This document shows positions 27,180 through 44,825 of a stretch of 64,000 nucleotides of DNA, in pieces (within the stretch, counting starts at the first letter, position 1; every line of letters starts with the position of its first letter). A program made the translations under genes and the position numbers. The DNA is from the human T2T-CHM13v2.0 reference genome, Homo sapiens. The stretch lies in assembly GCF_009914755.1 (NCBI RefSeq), contig NC_060927.1. One strand, written 5' to 3'. The notes beneath the pieces are model-generated. The model saw only the letters and a list, made by a program, of their open reading frames with translations. It ran no database searches and was not told the origin of the DNA.

Positions 27180-29720
27180 AAACAAAGTAAAAACAAAAAA
27201 CTATAATGTGCATGGTAAAAAAAAAAAATTAATACTATGGAAAGCTATAAAAGGAAAAGTGGACATCTTCTGTGCCATTTTCTCCTTCCAAATCTACCAT
27301 TAACAATTCTGCCTGCTTTTCTAGAAAATATTATGTGTATATATATATATTTGCACATATATGAAGTTATTATAGATATGCCTATACCAACTTGCTTACT
27401 TGATTTCTTCCCTCCTTTCCTCAGTTGTTCATTTTGCTTTTTCTCTTAAAGCACTACCTCATTCTTTTTAATAGCAACGTTGTATTTGCTGTAGTTAATT
27501 AGTCCACTCTTATGGAGGCTTTCATTGGTAATACAAATAATGACGTGATGAACATTTTCCTGCAAATTTCCTTATGAACCTCTAGGATCGTCTTCTTAGG
27601 ATTAATTTCTCTAAGAGTTGCTGTATTACATCAAAGAAATCCTGAGTTTTCTGTTATTGTAATAGAAATTGCTAAACTGCCCATAAGAAATTATCCATGC
27701 ATTTACACTTCACCCAGTACAGTTTTCTGTGTTTCCTCATAATTGCTCTAACATTACAATCACTGTATTTACAAATGTTTGCCAATCTGAACTGTGAAAA
27801 ACACAATCTCTTAATTTTACTATATATCTACTTCATTACAAAGGAGGATAAAATATTTGTATGTTTCTCCTGGAAGCCTACCCTTCCTTACAGATTTTTC
27901 ACTTTGTATTGTCTTTTACTGACTTTTTTGAGTTTTTTTTAGATTAAGGAAAATACATATGTATTTGATAAGGCATTGCATAGATTTTCCCCAATTAGTT
28001 TTCTGCATTTTGATTTTGCTTATGATATTTTTGCCATATAGAAGTTTAAAATATATGTATAATAATATCTCATATGTTTTTCTTTTGTGCTTTCTAGGTT
28101 TTGATGTCTACTTAAACACCTTTCCCACCAAAGCTTATGAATAAATGCAACCATTCTTTCTTCTAGATTTTTTTTGTATTTATTTTTATATTTTAGTGTA
28201 AGCGATGGAATACACATGTACGTGCTCATACATTGCATACACACACACACGTACCTGTGTATAATTTCAGTCCAATCAACTGGACCTAGAGTCCCAACAC
28301 TAATTATTGTAATTATTGAATAACTTCTCCGTGTATACCGATTTGAAATTTGGTTGCGTCATTATGGATTTAATTCTCATATGTTTTGGTTATATTTCTG
28401 AATTCTTCTATTTTTTACATTTGCTATAGATCTATCTCTTCTCCAAAAAAGAGTATTAAAAATTATGATTTCATAATTATTTTTAAGACTATTCTCCCTT
28501 CTTGATTCTTAATTTTCAAAAATTTTCTGCAACTGCGTCTTTTTTTGAGACAAATATTTTGTTCGTTTTTGCAAACATACACTAATTTATGGATAATTCA
28601 TTTGGGCCTACATTTTACTTATAAGTTAATTTTGAACAATTTTGGCTTCTTTATACATTCAGGTCCCCCTTTTATAGTGCATGATATATCTATTTATTCA
28701 CTAAAATATTTTATGGTATGTGGTTGAATTTTAAATTTCTTCACTTAAGTGATATAAATTTATGTTAGATTTATACCCAGTATTTTATATTTATTTTTAA
28801 CTGATACATGATACATATTTATAAGGTACATGTGATATTTTGTTACATGCAGTAGAGTGTATAAAGATCAAATCAAGGTATTTGAGGTATCCATCACTTT
28901 GGGTATTTATCATTGCTATGTGTTGGGAACAATTCAAGTTTTCTAGCTAGGTTGAAATATACAATACATTGTTGTTAAACATAGTCACTCTATTCTGCTG
29001 TTGGATAATCACTCTTATGCCTTTTGTCTAACTGTATGTTTGTACCCATCAACCTACCTCTCTTTATCCCTCTTGCACCCATAAACACTTCCCACCCTGT
29101 AGTTTCTATCATTCTACTCTCACTCTTTATGAGATCAACTTTTTTAGCTCCCACATGTGACTGAGAATATGCAATATTTGTCTTTCTCTGCCAGGCCTAT
29201 TTTACTTAACATAATGACCTCCAGTTCCATCCATGTCACTGTAAATGACATACATTCATTCTTTTTTTTTTTATGGCTGTACAGTATTTCATTGTGTATA
29301 TAGTATTTTATGTTTTTGCTTGCTATTGAAAATTGGTTCATGCCTTCATTATACTTAATACGTTTAAATGGCAATTTTATATATTGCTTTCTTATAGAAT
29401 AATCTTAGTGTTCCTAATATATTTTTAATTTGATATTCTTGGGTTTTGTTAGGTGTAATCACATCACCTAAGATTGGTGATAAATATGTCTGATTCTGGC
29501 TTCCCATTTCTGCAACTCTTTTTCTTTCTCTTATCTGATTGCATTATCTAGTACCTCCAGAGCAGTATCAAATTATGGCACATTTTTATTATGTTCTTCA
29601 TTATAATGAGAACAATTCTTATTTTCCCATTAAATGTGATGGTGGCATTTGACTTTGTGTGTATTGGTACAAATAAACCAGATATTTTTATTATCAGGAG
29701 TTTTTTATTATTAATATTAG
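27180..29720 (-). mobile_element. Ancient L1 (L1ME-type) fragments
   Basis: T-rich degenerate antisense L1 motifs, e.g. tttgccaatctg...ttaatttt...atctacttcattac, ctgattgcattatctagtacctccag, ttttcccattaaatgtgatg. Confidence 0.65.
28790..29301 (-). mobile_element. L1MA-type 3' fragment inserted in the older L1
   Basis: gtacatgtgatattttgttacatgca...gagatcaacttttttagctcccacat...aatgacctccagttccatccatg; TSD agtattttat (28779/29302). Confidence 0.85.
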
Positions 29721-30804
29721 ACGAGCTCTGTGTGCCATTTTGCGTTAAAGGAGTATAGATTTATAGAAACATTTATTTCTTAAATAGCTATAAGCTACTT
29801 TCTTTGCTTGATTGAAGCTGGGCATTTTTGCTGTTCTTTTGCTTATAATTAGGTCTGTAGGAAGGAAGATTTTGTAATCATGCTTCATTTTGCCATCTGA
29901 AAGGAAAAGTCTGGTGGGAATATTTTAATTATTCATCATGGAATCTCTGTATAGCAAATCAAATAGAGTTATGTATTTTTTACTTGATGATTTTGCTAAT
30001 GTGGTTCTAATACTCACAACTTAAGCAACCAAAAACAACCAATAATATTTTAAAACAACATAATTAATTATTGCTTGAAAGTTTCTACCAAGGGGCATAT
30101 GGACTTCTATGAGATCCAATTATAAACCAGGAAAAAGAGAGATCAACACTTGTATTTTAACACATATGCAGTTTCTTATTAGCAAAATTTCACTGATAAA
30201 CATATGCTAAGTTATTATAGATGTGAGCCAAAAGTTCTTTAGAAGTAGGTATATTCTGCATTTGAACTCTACAGCATTTGAAATCACATTGGCTGACACG
30301 AATTAGTATTAGATCTGGAAACTTTGCCAGTAATTCTTCTAGTCTCCAGGAAAAGTGAAAGCCTTTCATTTTGGTTTTCTTTTTGGTTTGTTGGTTTTGC
30401 TTTCATTTCTGATTTTTGTTTGGTGGTAGGTGCTTTTATGAAATACTTTTTTAAATTACCCTTACTATTTATTGATTAATTGTTGGTAATTATTAATTAT
30501 CTACCTTTCTTAGTGTTTTTCTTCAAACTCTGCAATTAGGAATACCCACATATTGGAACATTTGCTACTCTATCTCATTCCACATGTGTGTGTATGGTGT
30601 ATATATGTGTTTACATATTTGTGTATATTAATTTCCACAAGTATTTTATGCCCATAAATATTCATGCCATAATAGACTTTTGTTCATTTATGATGCAAAA
30701 ATTAACTCTGAAGCAAACTGTATTCTTGCTTCTCATGGTCACATACTTTCTCTCTCTGTCTCTAAGCTTTGTTAACCTAGTGGTAAATTCTGTGGTACCC
30801 ATTT

Positions 30805-30947
30805 GCATGCATACATACGTGTATGTGTGTGTTTATGTGTGTATAGATATAGACATAGATATAGATATTCTTGACTATTTGTATCCATGGTGCACGTGTG
30901 CACGTGCGCACACACACAGACACACACACACACAAGTATGTATACAT
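30805..30947. repeat. Compound (TG)/(ATAGAT)/(CA) microsatellite
   Basis: Direct reading. Confidence 0.85.
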
Positions 30948-31189
30948 GGAATAGCAAGTCTCTAGGGGCTTTGCTGAAGTTAAACCAAGAATTTCAATAT
31001 ATGATACTACTACTAAACAGTATCAGGCCCTGCGAACATGACACATTCATTGCCAACATCAGGACACCTAATAGAGTGGATACTGACCAAGGGGGTGTAT
31101 TCTTGCCCAGATGATACTTATTTAGGCAATGCCAGTGTTGGCTAATTTCACTTTTCCTTCATGGCCTCTGTCTCTCTGTTACTTATGTA

Positions 31190-31430
31190 GCACTCATTCT
31201 GTGTCAGACTGTGTTCTAAGAACTTCAACTATATTAACCTTACTTAACTGTTAAAAAGACTTCTGAGATAGATACCATTTATCCATTTCATTTTCAGGTG
31301 GGAAATTGAGGCATAAGGCATTTGGGCAATGTGTTCAATGACAATTAAACAGCTAGAAAGTGCCTGGTTAGCTAGGATGTAAGCCAGGCATTTTGGTTCC
31401 TGAGCCCACACTCTTATACACTGTAATACT
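31190..31430 (-). mobile_element. MIR
   Basis: cattttcaggtgggaaattgaggcataagg...acagctagaaagtg...aagccaggcattttggttcctgagcccacactctta. Confidence 0.8.
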
Positions 31431-32139
31431 ATCTCATTCATCCTGCTGTAATTATTCATTTAATTACATGAGCTCCTGCCAGACTGCATGTTCTATGAAT
31501 AAGGGGCCATGTCAATCTTGCCTGTCTTTCTATCTTGTGTCATCATAATGCCTGGTAGGTAATAGGGAATACATAACTGGTTTTCACTTTTAATTGAATT
31601 AAAGTAAAAGTTTGTCTCTATAAGATCCCTTTTCATATATCTTCCTGATAAAAAACCTGTTTAATAAGCTGAAAAGATGAGGTTTCATTAAGAAGAGGTG
31701 ATACAGAAAAACAACACCATATTTTTCTAACTTATGCCTCATCTGGCTTACTGCTTAGTTCCCATTTGTCATCAGTGCACTTAAAAAATTATTTTGAAAA
31801 ATTGCCATTTTTAATATCTTTGGAACTTCCTAACACATTACCTATTTTTTAACCAAACAAGGTGATTCCTTATGGGAAAATATATACAGCAAGAAAAAAA
31901 AAAGGAAAAAATGTTGATGATACCTGTTTAATTGGGAAATATGTTTGCATATTTATTATATCTCGGAAAGAAATGTATGACTTATTATAACAGCATTTAG
32001 TCTTCCAAAATATCAGTGACTCCACAGTATATGCCTTCATTTCCAAAATGAGGGGAAAAGCATTGAGTGTATAGTACTTCCTTTTTTTCCCCCACAAAGA
32101 AAAAATCATAGTGGAAATTACATTGAAGAATAATCTGCA

Positions 32140-32350
32140 CAAAACAAAAAAGCACAAATCTTATGTTTCTGGTTCAGTGACTTTTGATAAAGGTAACCCA
32201 TAATTACTAACCCAATCAAGATACAGAACCATTCTGTACCTCTGGAAAGTTCCCATAGTCTCCCTCCCAGTGAATCTTCCCTAGTCACCCCTTGGTAACC
32301 ATTGATAGGATATCTATCGCAATAACTTAATTCTGCCCATTCAAGAACCT
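32140..32350 (-). mobile_element. Old L1 (L1MB/ME-type) 3'UTR fragment
   Basis: gcacaaatctta...aatcaagatacagaaccatt...gaaagttccc...cctcccagt...gtaaccattgat. Confidence 0.7.
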
Positions 32351-33600
32351 CATTTTAAACCTTACAAAACCAGAAGTTATTGAAAGAGATGTGATTGTAA
32401 CCATCTTTGTTTTTGTAAGGACCACGAGTTAACTACACGTAGATATATCATCCAGAGAAAAGTCCTGATAAAAGTATAATCAGTGCAAGTTGAATTCACA
32501 GGTAAGGTTTACTGTAGACGTGGAAGGGTGTTTCAAAATTACTCTTGAGAAACAGGTCTCAGGCTAACAGTTTCTCTCACCTCTGTTGCATTGTCTCTTT
32601 CTTTTGAATAACTACTGTGTGCTGTGGTTTCACAAACCTCTCAGTAAAGTAGTGATGGGAAAATACTTTTGTTCTATGTTTTGTTGACCTAGTGGTAAAT
32701 TCTGTTACCCAGCTGTCAAGCAATTAGATTATAATAACGAATATTTTCTTAAGGCAATTTATTGGGCCAAAGAACCCTGTGAATAAATAGTAGTATCTTT
32801 TATTTTCAGAGAGCCTAGTTAACATCCCTCCACTTGCTAAAACTAGCCAGAATGTGATATTAGTGACTTTCATTCTATTAAATAAGCATTCATGATTATC
32901 CTAAACATTCTTGCCAAATGTGCATATGAAAATAGCATAGCCACTGTAATTGTTAAGTCAGTCAATTTTTCTCAAGGACTGTGTTGCTTTAAAAAGTTAG
33001 TAGTGTTTACACATTCATGTGATTGGTCTGAAGTTTACATGCTAAATAATATTTACTGTGAAAGATGTGTGTGTTTGTCAGTGGATGTGTGCATATATTC
33101 AGATACCTAATATGACCAATGTGACAAGGGACCCCATTTTTTTCTGCCATAAATTAAGGGTTAATGATAGCATTTATTGCATTGAGCTGCTGAGAGGACC
33201 AAATGAGATAATGCATTCAGAAATGTTGAGTGTTATTTGGTTTGGAAATTGATAAAAAGGGCAGGTCTTACATCGAGTGCAGCTTTACAACATATTATCC
33301 ATGCATGATTACATATAAACAAAAATGTTCAGTTTAGAAAGGGAAAAATAGTGGGTACAATCACAGTTTTATTTTATTTTTATATATATATTTTTTATTA
33401 TCCTTTAAGTTCTAGGGTACATGTGCACAACGTGCAGGTTTGTTACATATGTATACATGTGACATGTTGGTGTGCTGCACCCATTAACTCGTCATTTACA
33501 TTAGGTATATCTCCTAATGCTATCCCTCCCCCAGCCCCCAACCCCACAACAGGCCCCGGTGTGTGATGTTCCCCTTCCGGTGTTCAAGTGTTCTCATTGT

Positions 33601-37423
<3,823 letters not shown>

Positions 37424-37486
37424 TATGATGTTAGCTGGTTATTTTGCTCGTTACTTGAAGCAGTTTCTTCCTAGCATCAATAGTCT

Positions 37487-38503
37487 TTACAATTTAGCAT
37501 GTTTTTGCAGTGGCTGGTGCGCTTTGTTCCTTTCCATGTTTAGTGCTTCCTTCAGGAGCTCTTGTAGGGCAGGCCTGGTGGTGACAAAATCTCTCAGCAT
37601 TTGCTTGTCTGTAAAGGATTTTATTTCTCCTTCACTTATGAAGCTTAGTTTGGCTGGATATGAAATTCTGGGTTGAAAATTCTTTTATTTAAGAATGTTG
37701 AATATTGACCCCCACTCTCTTCTGGCTTTTAGAGTTTCTGCTGAGAGATCCATTGTTAGTCTGATGGGCTTCACTTTTTGGGTAACCCAACCTTTCTCTC
37801 TGTCTGCCCTTAAAATTTTTTCCTTCATTTCAACTTTGGCGAATCTGACAATTATGTGTCTTGGAGTTGGTCTTCTTGAGGAGTAACTTTGTGGCATTCT
37901 CTGTATCTCCTGAATTTGAATGTTGGCCTGCCTTGCTAGGTTGGGGAAGTTCTCCTGGATAATATCTTGCAGAGTGTTTTCCAACTTGGTTCCATTCTCC
38001 CCATCACTTTCAGGTACACCAATCAGATGTAGATTTGGTCTTTTCACATAGTCCCATATTTCTTGGAGGCTTTGCTTATTTCTTTTTATTCTTTTTTCTC
38101 TAAGCTTCTCTTCTCTCTTCATTTCATTCATTTGATCTTCCATCACTGATACCCTTTCTTCCAGTTGATTGAATCGGCTACTGAAGCTTGTGCATTCATC
38201 ACGTAGTTCTCGTGCCATGGTTTTCAGCTCCATCAGGTCCTTTAAGGACTTCTCTGCATTGGTTATTCTAGTTAGCCATTAGTCGAATCTTTTTTCAAGG
38301 TTTTTAACTTCTTTGCAATGGGTTTGAACTTCCTTCTTTAGCTCAGAGAAGTTTGATTGTCTGAAGCCTTCTTCTCTCAACTTGTCAAAGTCATTCTCCG
38401 TCCAGCTTTGTTCCATTGCTGGTGAGGAGCTGCATTCCTTTGGAGGAGGAGAGGCGCTCTGATTTTTAGAATTTTCAGTTTTTCTGTTCTGTTTTTTCCC
38501 CAT
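37487..38503 (-). pseudogene. L1 ORF1 (coiled-coil/RRM RNA chaperone), disrupted
   Basis: MGKKQNRKTENSKNQSASPPPK...; ...EIWDYVKRPNL...; 1017-bp span with premature TAA stops at 38279 and 37685. Confidence 0.96.
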
Positions 38504-39842
38504 CTTTGTGGTTTTATCTACCTTTGGTCTTTGATGATGGTGACGTACACATGGGGTTTTGGTGTGGATGTCCTTTCTGTTTGTTAGTTTTCCTTTTAAC
38601 AGTCAGGACCCTCAGCTGCAGGTCTGTTGGAGTTTCCTGGAGGTCCACTCCAGACTCTGTTTTCCTGGGTATCAGCAGTGGAAGCTGCAGAACAGCGAAT
38701 ATTGCTGAACAGCAAATGTTGCTGTCTGATCATTTCTCTGGAGGTTTTGTCTCAGAGGATTACCCGGCCTTGTGAGGTGTCAGTCTGCCCCTACTGGGGG
38801 CTGCCTCCCAGATAGGCTGCTCGGGGGTCAGGAACCCACTTGAGGAGGCAGTCTGCCCATTGTCAGATCTCACACTCCGTGCTGGGAGAACTACTACTCT
38901 CTTCAAAGCTCAGTTGGAAATGTGGAAATCACCCATCTTCTGCGTCACTCACACTGGGAGCTGTAGACTGGAGCTGATCCTATTCTACCATCTTGGATGG
39001 AGTACCCACAATTTTAACCTAAATGATTTCTTCCAAAATTCCATAGTTTACTTTTTAGATTGAGCCATATATGGTGTACTGCACAAGTGGATTAAGATAT
39101 TTTAAGGTATTTTTAGGAGTAATTTTGACTATACTTGAGCTAATTAACGCTGACGTCGAATCTATTCCCTGGCAAAAGTAAACTCCATTGTATTCCTGTT
39201 CTTTAGTCCTTTTGGTAGAAACCCATTTGGGATATTATTCCAACATATATTATCTATCTATCTATGATCTTGCTTTGTACAAATACATAAATAGATGATT
39301 CCCTTGCTTTTGATATTTTGGGTTGAGTAGAAATTTTGCCCCTCTCATCTGTCCATAAGGTTGGCCTCATCTGTGTGCAAGTCTGACCATTATATCTGAC
39401 AATGGCTTCAGTGTCTGCTTTTTTAGTTTTGTGCTCACCTCAAGGCCTTTTTAGTTGAACTTGGCCTCTCTCCATGCTTTGGCCTAAATCTGAGGGTTGC
39501 CTTATTACAATCCTTCAGGAGACTTAGTGTGTTATTCAGAAAGTTGGATACAATGTGTTTATTTTACGATGCATTTGGGCAGAAATATGCCTGGGAAGAA
39601 TTGAAACTAGATTGTTCCTTATTTTTGTTTGTCTACTTTGTGACTCAGTGCCTTTACTACAAATAATCATGACGAGATCAGCAAGATCTGGTTACTATCT
39701 AATATGATACCTACAGAGACTCTCTAATCCAAGGCTTTATGAAACATCAAAATGTGAAAAGGATGATGAAGGCTTCACTAAGTAGTGAAAATATTTATAC
39801 ATTACCACAAAGTCAATTGACACTCAAATTAAAACAACTATT

Positions 39843-40149
39843 TGCCGGGCGTGGTGGCTCACATTGTAATCCCAGTACTTGGGAAGGCCAAAGCGGGTGG
39901 ATCACCTGAGATCAGGAGTTTGAGACCAGCCTGGCCAATATGGCGAAACCCCATCTGTACTAAAAACATAAAAAATTAGCCGAGTGTTGTGGCATGCACT
40001 TGTAGTCCCAGCTACTCAGGTGGCTGAGGCATGAGAATTACTTGAACCCAGGAGGCGGAGGTTGTGGTGAGCTGAAATTGCGCCACTGCCCTCTAGCATG
40101 GGTGCCAGAGTGAGACTCTGTCTCAAAAACAATTAAAAAAAAAAAAAAA
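39843..40149 (+). mobile_element. AluS (Sx/Sz-like)
   Basis: Two-arm Alu with gatcacctgag and A tail; degenerate TSD. Confidence 0.92.
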
Positions 40150-40620
40150 CCTGTTTTTTAGCAACAGTTAAAAACAGCAAATATTTTAAAAAATTGATAA
40201 AAATTTTTTTTTGCTATCAAATAGGATAGAAATTTAAAACATATTATTTAATGTGGCAAAGATGAGCAGAAACAGTTACTTTCATATACTATTAAGTATA
40301 ACTTAGAAAAACTTTTGTGTTACCACTTGGGAATATTCATCAGATTTTTAAATTCATGTTTCTTAGGGCCAATATTTCTACTTCTAGGAAGTGGAATGAT
40401 ATAGGTACAGGAATGTTTATTGCAGGCATATTGGAACCATTACATGTCCAAAGTGAGGGGGAGGGGCGATTAAATATAGAACAGATGCGTATATGGCATT
40501 AAAAATTCTCAAATATATCATTAATCGAAAACAATTCTGCAAAACAATGCATATAGAGTGATATGTTATATAAAAATTGATTTGTGAGTATATATTTATA
40601 AACATTTACAATTGCATAAA
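40150..40620 (+). mobile_element. Probable ancient L1 3' fragment
   Basis: gcagaaacagttactttcatatact...caatatttctacttctaggaa...gtacaggaatgtttattgcag...ttggaaccattacatgtcca. Confidence 0.55.
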
Positions 40621-42716
40621 AACATTAGCAGAGAATAAGGGGGATTCAGGGAAGGGTGATAAAGGGGAGAAGAACAAACATCAACAGAGGACCTAATTGT
40701 GGCAGACCGTGACTATATTTTATAACTTAGCAGAGCTTCCAGGGGTTTTATCATAAACACAGTATGTCTTATCTAGGTATTCTTATGCTTCCACAGCAAA
40801 GTATGAATAAGTATTTAAGAAGACAACCTAAATATATTAATTGAAGCTTGCTGGCTAAAGTTGGCTTCTTTTCTGAGGAATATATATGAAGGTAACTAGC
40901 AGCAAAACATCATAGATAGTATCAGTCTTGGGCCTTCTTCACATACTTTACATTTTCCCATCTATAAAAAGATGCTTTGGAAACAGCCATGAGAGTCCTT
41001 CGGAGTAGCCCAATCTCGGCAGCCTTATTAGATGCATAGATGTGTGTCTCCTGGTGAGAGTCTCATGCTGTGAAAGTCATTAGAATAATAAATTAAACTT
41101 CTTTGTACACAGGCTTTTTAAGCTTCAGGTGCATATCCTTTTATGCCTTTTCCATTTTCTTATAGCTTGAAGTATTGAGATTTTTATTGTCGACCAATTG
41201 CTTCCTCCACAGTTTTGCCAGCATAATGAGTTCGTGGAGTCACTGATGCCTAAAATAATTTGTGGAGTTTGGTTTGAAATAGCTCCACGTAGTCCTCCTT
41301 TTTCCCAGTTCCTAAGAGCTAACTAAAAAGATAAGACCTAATTAATGAAAATAAACTTCTCAAGGGTCAAAATGGAATATCGTATAAAATTATTTTTGAT
41401 ATTTTATATTAGGATGTGACTACAGGTTCCACTAATGTTAATATCAAGATTATTCAATAGTACCTATTTATATGTGTGGAAATTATTGCATAAAATTTCA
41501 ATTTTCACATAGATTTTGGAAGAGGCCTTGGCTGCACCAAATGGAAATTTTATAAATGGAATAATATTTGTGGGAAAGCCTTCAGAAAGCAATAACATAA
41601 ATTTAACATTAAGCTGTGCCTTTTAAAAGTAATATCAAAGCAAATTAGGAGATATATATATATTCTTTAAAAAATTTTTTAGATATTGCCATTCAATTTA
41701 AGAAATTCAGTGGAAAAAAACATTTTTCCATCATTCATAATGTTAGCATGGATTATTTTCTCTCTTCGTATCAAAGAAGTAAAGGAAAACAATACAACAT
41801 TACTTCTTACAATGGTGATTGACATCTGGATCTTCTAAGCTAAAATTTGAAAAAAAAATATTATTTCAAACTACAATGAACATGAAACAAAAAGACAGTA
41901 ATTCTTTGCGTTAAATCTCTTTGTATTCGTTCCCTCTGGCCCATACTCTAAGAAAAGATCACCTTTGCTCTCTTAGGTATCTCTGTTAGTCCTTAATTTC
42001 TCCTATGGATGCAATGTCCATTGCCCTGGCCGCCTTCAAATCATTCTCCTTCACTTCTGCCGTTAGGTACATGCAAATGTCTACTGTATTTCCTCTGTTA
42101 CTGAATGGAAACAGAAATCACCTTAATTTAGCTTCCAATTTTTCTAGTTCCCTAAATTTTATTTTGAAACTTCTTGAACCTTACATTTTCATTGACTTTC
42201 TTCCAGTTTTTGAACACTGCCTCCTTAACATTTGTGAGCTGTGGCAGGTTCTCACCAGTTTACTGTACTGAGTACTCTCCGGGAAAATCATATTTGAATT
42301 AAGTGATTTTACTCATTTGCTCTTATTATTTTGATTGAAGGAAAAAAGTCACATAGTATAATTTTAGCAGAGAGGATGTGAAGTAAGAGTTGAACCAACT
42401 TTAAGCTCTAAAAATATTCCACACTGTTGTATGCATATAAATTTGAGACAGATAAAGAAATCCTTCTTTGTAAAAATGTAACTAAAGTCAGGTTTATTTT
42501 TTTCATATAAAGTGCCTAAAATAATTTGTGGAATTTGAATTGCAAATAGGATATATCATAATTTAAAAATATGATTACTTTGTTAAGTGATAGTTGTATT
42601 ATCAGTGCCATGCAGACATTACCCAAACACATAGATCTAGATTGATCAATTTGAGAACTATAACATGAACTTAGAATCCTAAGGAACAATGCCTCCAAAT
42701 ATGTGTTTCTGAATCC

Positions 42717-43004
42717 TTTTTTTGTTTGTTTGTTTTTTAAACAGGGTCTTGCTTTGTTGCCTAGACTAGAGCACAGTGGTGTATCAAAGTTAACTGCAGC
42801 TTCAAATTATTGGGCTCAGTCTTTCCACCTCAGCTCCTGAGTAGCTGGTACTACAGCCATGAGCCACAAGGCTGAGCTAATTTTTAATTTTTTTTTGTAA
42901 AGACATGGTCTCACCATGTTGCCAAGCTGATCTGGGATCAAGCGATCTGCCCGTCTCTGCCTCTCAAAGTACTGGTATTATATGCATGAGCCACCACACC
43001 TGGC
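42717..43004 (-). mobile_element. AluJ (diverged)
   Basis: acagggtcttgctttgttgcctagactagagcacagtgg...ctgggatcaagcgatctgccc...gagccaccacacctggc. Confidence 0.88.
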
Positions 43005-44729
43005 GATATCCAACTGTTTTAAGAACTAGAGGGAATGCGGTATCTCTGGGGCCAAGAGTTCCCTGTACAGCCCGAATAGCAAATCAACTACTTTAACACA
43101 AATAAAATTAGATTAATCTTCCTGCATCATTTTATTCCTCTTTCTATAGCGGGGCTGTGTCACTTTTTGATGACTTTTTTGCCATTTTTAAAAAATCTAT
43201 AGCTTGACATGAAAATAAAAGTCAGTCTCTAATAGAAAAGCATTTTGGTCCTTGATCAAGTAATCAAAACAATTATAAAGGCTGATCAGCAACCTAGATG
43301 TCTAATAATGGGGAAAATATTATATAGAACACAAAATGATCTTTGGTAACACATGGAAGAACTAAAAAGGAAAAAGACTACAAATTTGTATATAACATCT
43401 AGTGAAAATTGTGTAAACATTATTTCTGAGTTGAATATACAGTATTTATGGAGAGAATTGAATGTGCTTAAAATTTTGATATGTTTTTCCATTTTGTGAA
43501 AAAACTGGGAAATGTGAATTAAAGAAAAATTAACATTCATTTCATCATTAATTGTAATAGAAAAATGATTTTACCTAATTCAAATAATATGTAAGTATTC
43601 AGTTATTTTACATATCTATGTATATCTATGCTAAAACATATATTCAAAAATGTTTTTAATAACCTGAAAAACAGTTGGGATATATTAAGAAAGCAACATA
43701 CAATGTGAGTGTCTACGTGTGTGAGTGAGAGAGACAGAGACTGAGGCAAGAAATAACATTTAATATGATGTTGAAAGGAAATGTGCCAATATAAAAGCAT
43801 TGGTATAATCACAGATATTTTTAATACAACTCTCCATATTCCAAATTGGCTGTTAACATATATTTATATTTATAATCAGAAACACATAATAAATAGTATG
43901 TTGTTTACAAACAAAGCATAATACTCAAAGAATGTACTATTTTTAAAATAATGTTGGTACTTGCTTATAGGAATATAATTGCTTTTTGTTTATTGCTGAC
44001 TTTCTGTAGTTTCTATTTTTTCCTATAAAGAACATGTATCACTCTTAGAAGAAAATATAAAGTTGATTTTTAAAAAGAGGCAAATAATATTCCCCTATGC
44101 TTAATCAAATATTTTGATGAAGTTAGAAAAATAAGACAGTAATGCACTTTCTCTACAACTCGATTATTACTAATCAGGAAGGACAATAGTACATTTTATT
44201 TTATTATGCTTTCTTCCTCTGTTCTAAGCCAATAGATAAAAACAAAATTAAGAAGGATATGTTCAAACATCCCTAAGAAAAAAAATCAAGATTTCAACTT
44301 GGATAGAAATAAGGGAAACATTGCTACATCTTTCTTTTATACATACAGACCAGTTTGCACACACAACTCACTGAAACTGTAACTAGTTCTTCACATCCTG
44401 CATTAGTAGTCAGATAATTGTAAAATGTCTCTTTGTATATAGATATGGGATACTTATGTGGCCATCAATTTAGTTGACTTTCTATCAAAATTGAGAAGTT
44501 TTATCCTGAAATAGCTTACCAATGGAAGTTAGAAGTGGGTCTGACATTGCATTATTTGGTGGAAAAAACCATCAAGGTCTGTGCAGTAAAGCTGATGCAG
44601 CTCTGTGAACTAGCAAATCCTATTAGTACTTAGCCTGATCACCTGGGAAGATGAAATTGTCCTTACTGAGATGTGGAAGGCTGAAAGTGAAACAGGTTGA
44701 TCTATATTTATTGGAGTATTGCTGGGTAG

Positions 44730-44825
44730 AAAATTTGTCATCACGTTATCCCCAATGCCTAGTATCTAGGTATCTAGTGGCACTTAATAGGTATTCGGTA
44801 AATATTTGTTGAATGAATTCCTGAA
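44730..44825 (+). mobile_element. L2 3' terminus
   Basis: tatccccaatgcctag...tggcacttaataggtattcggtaaatatttgttgaatgaat. Confidence 0.75.
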
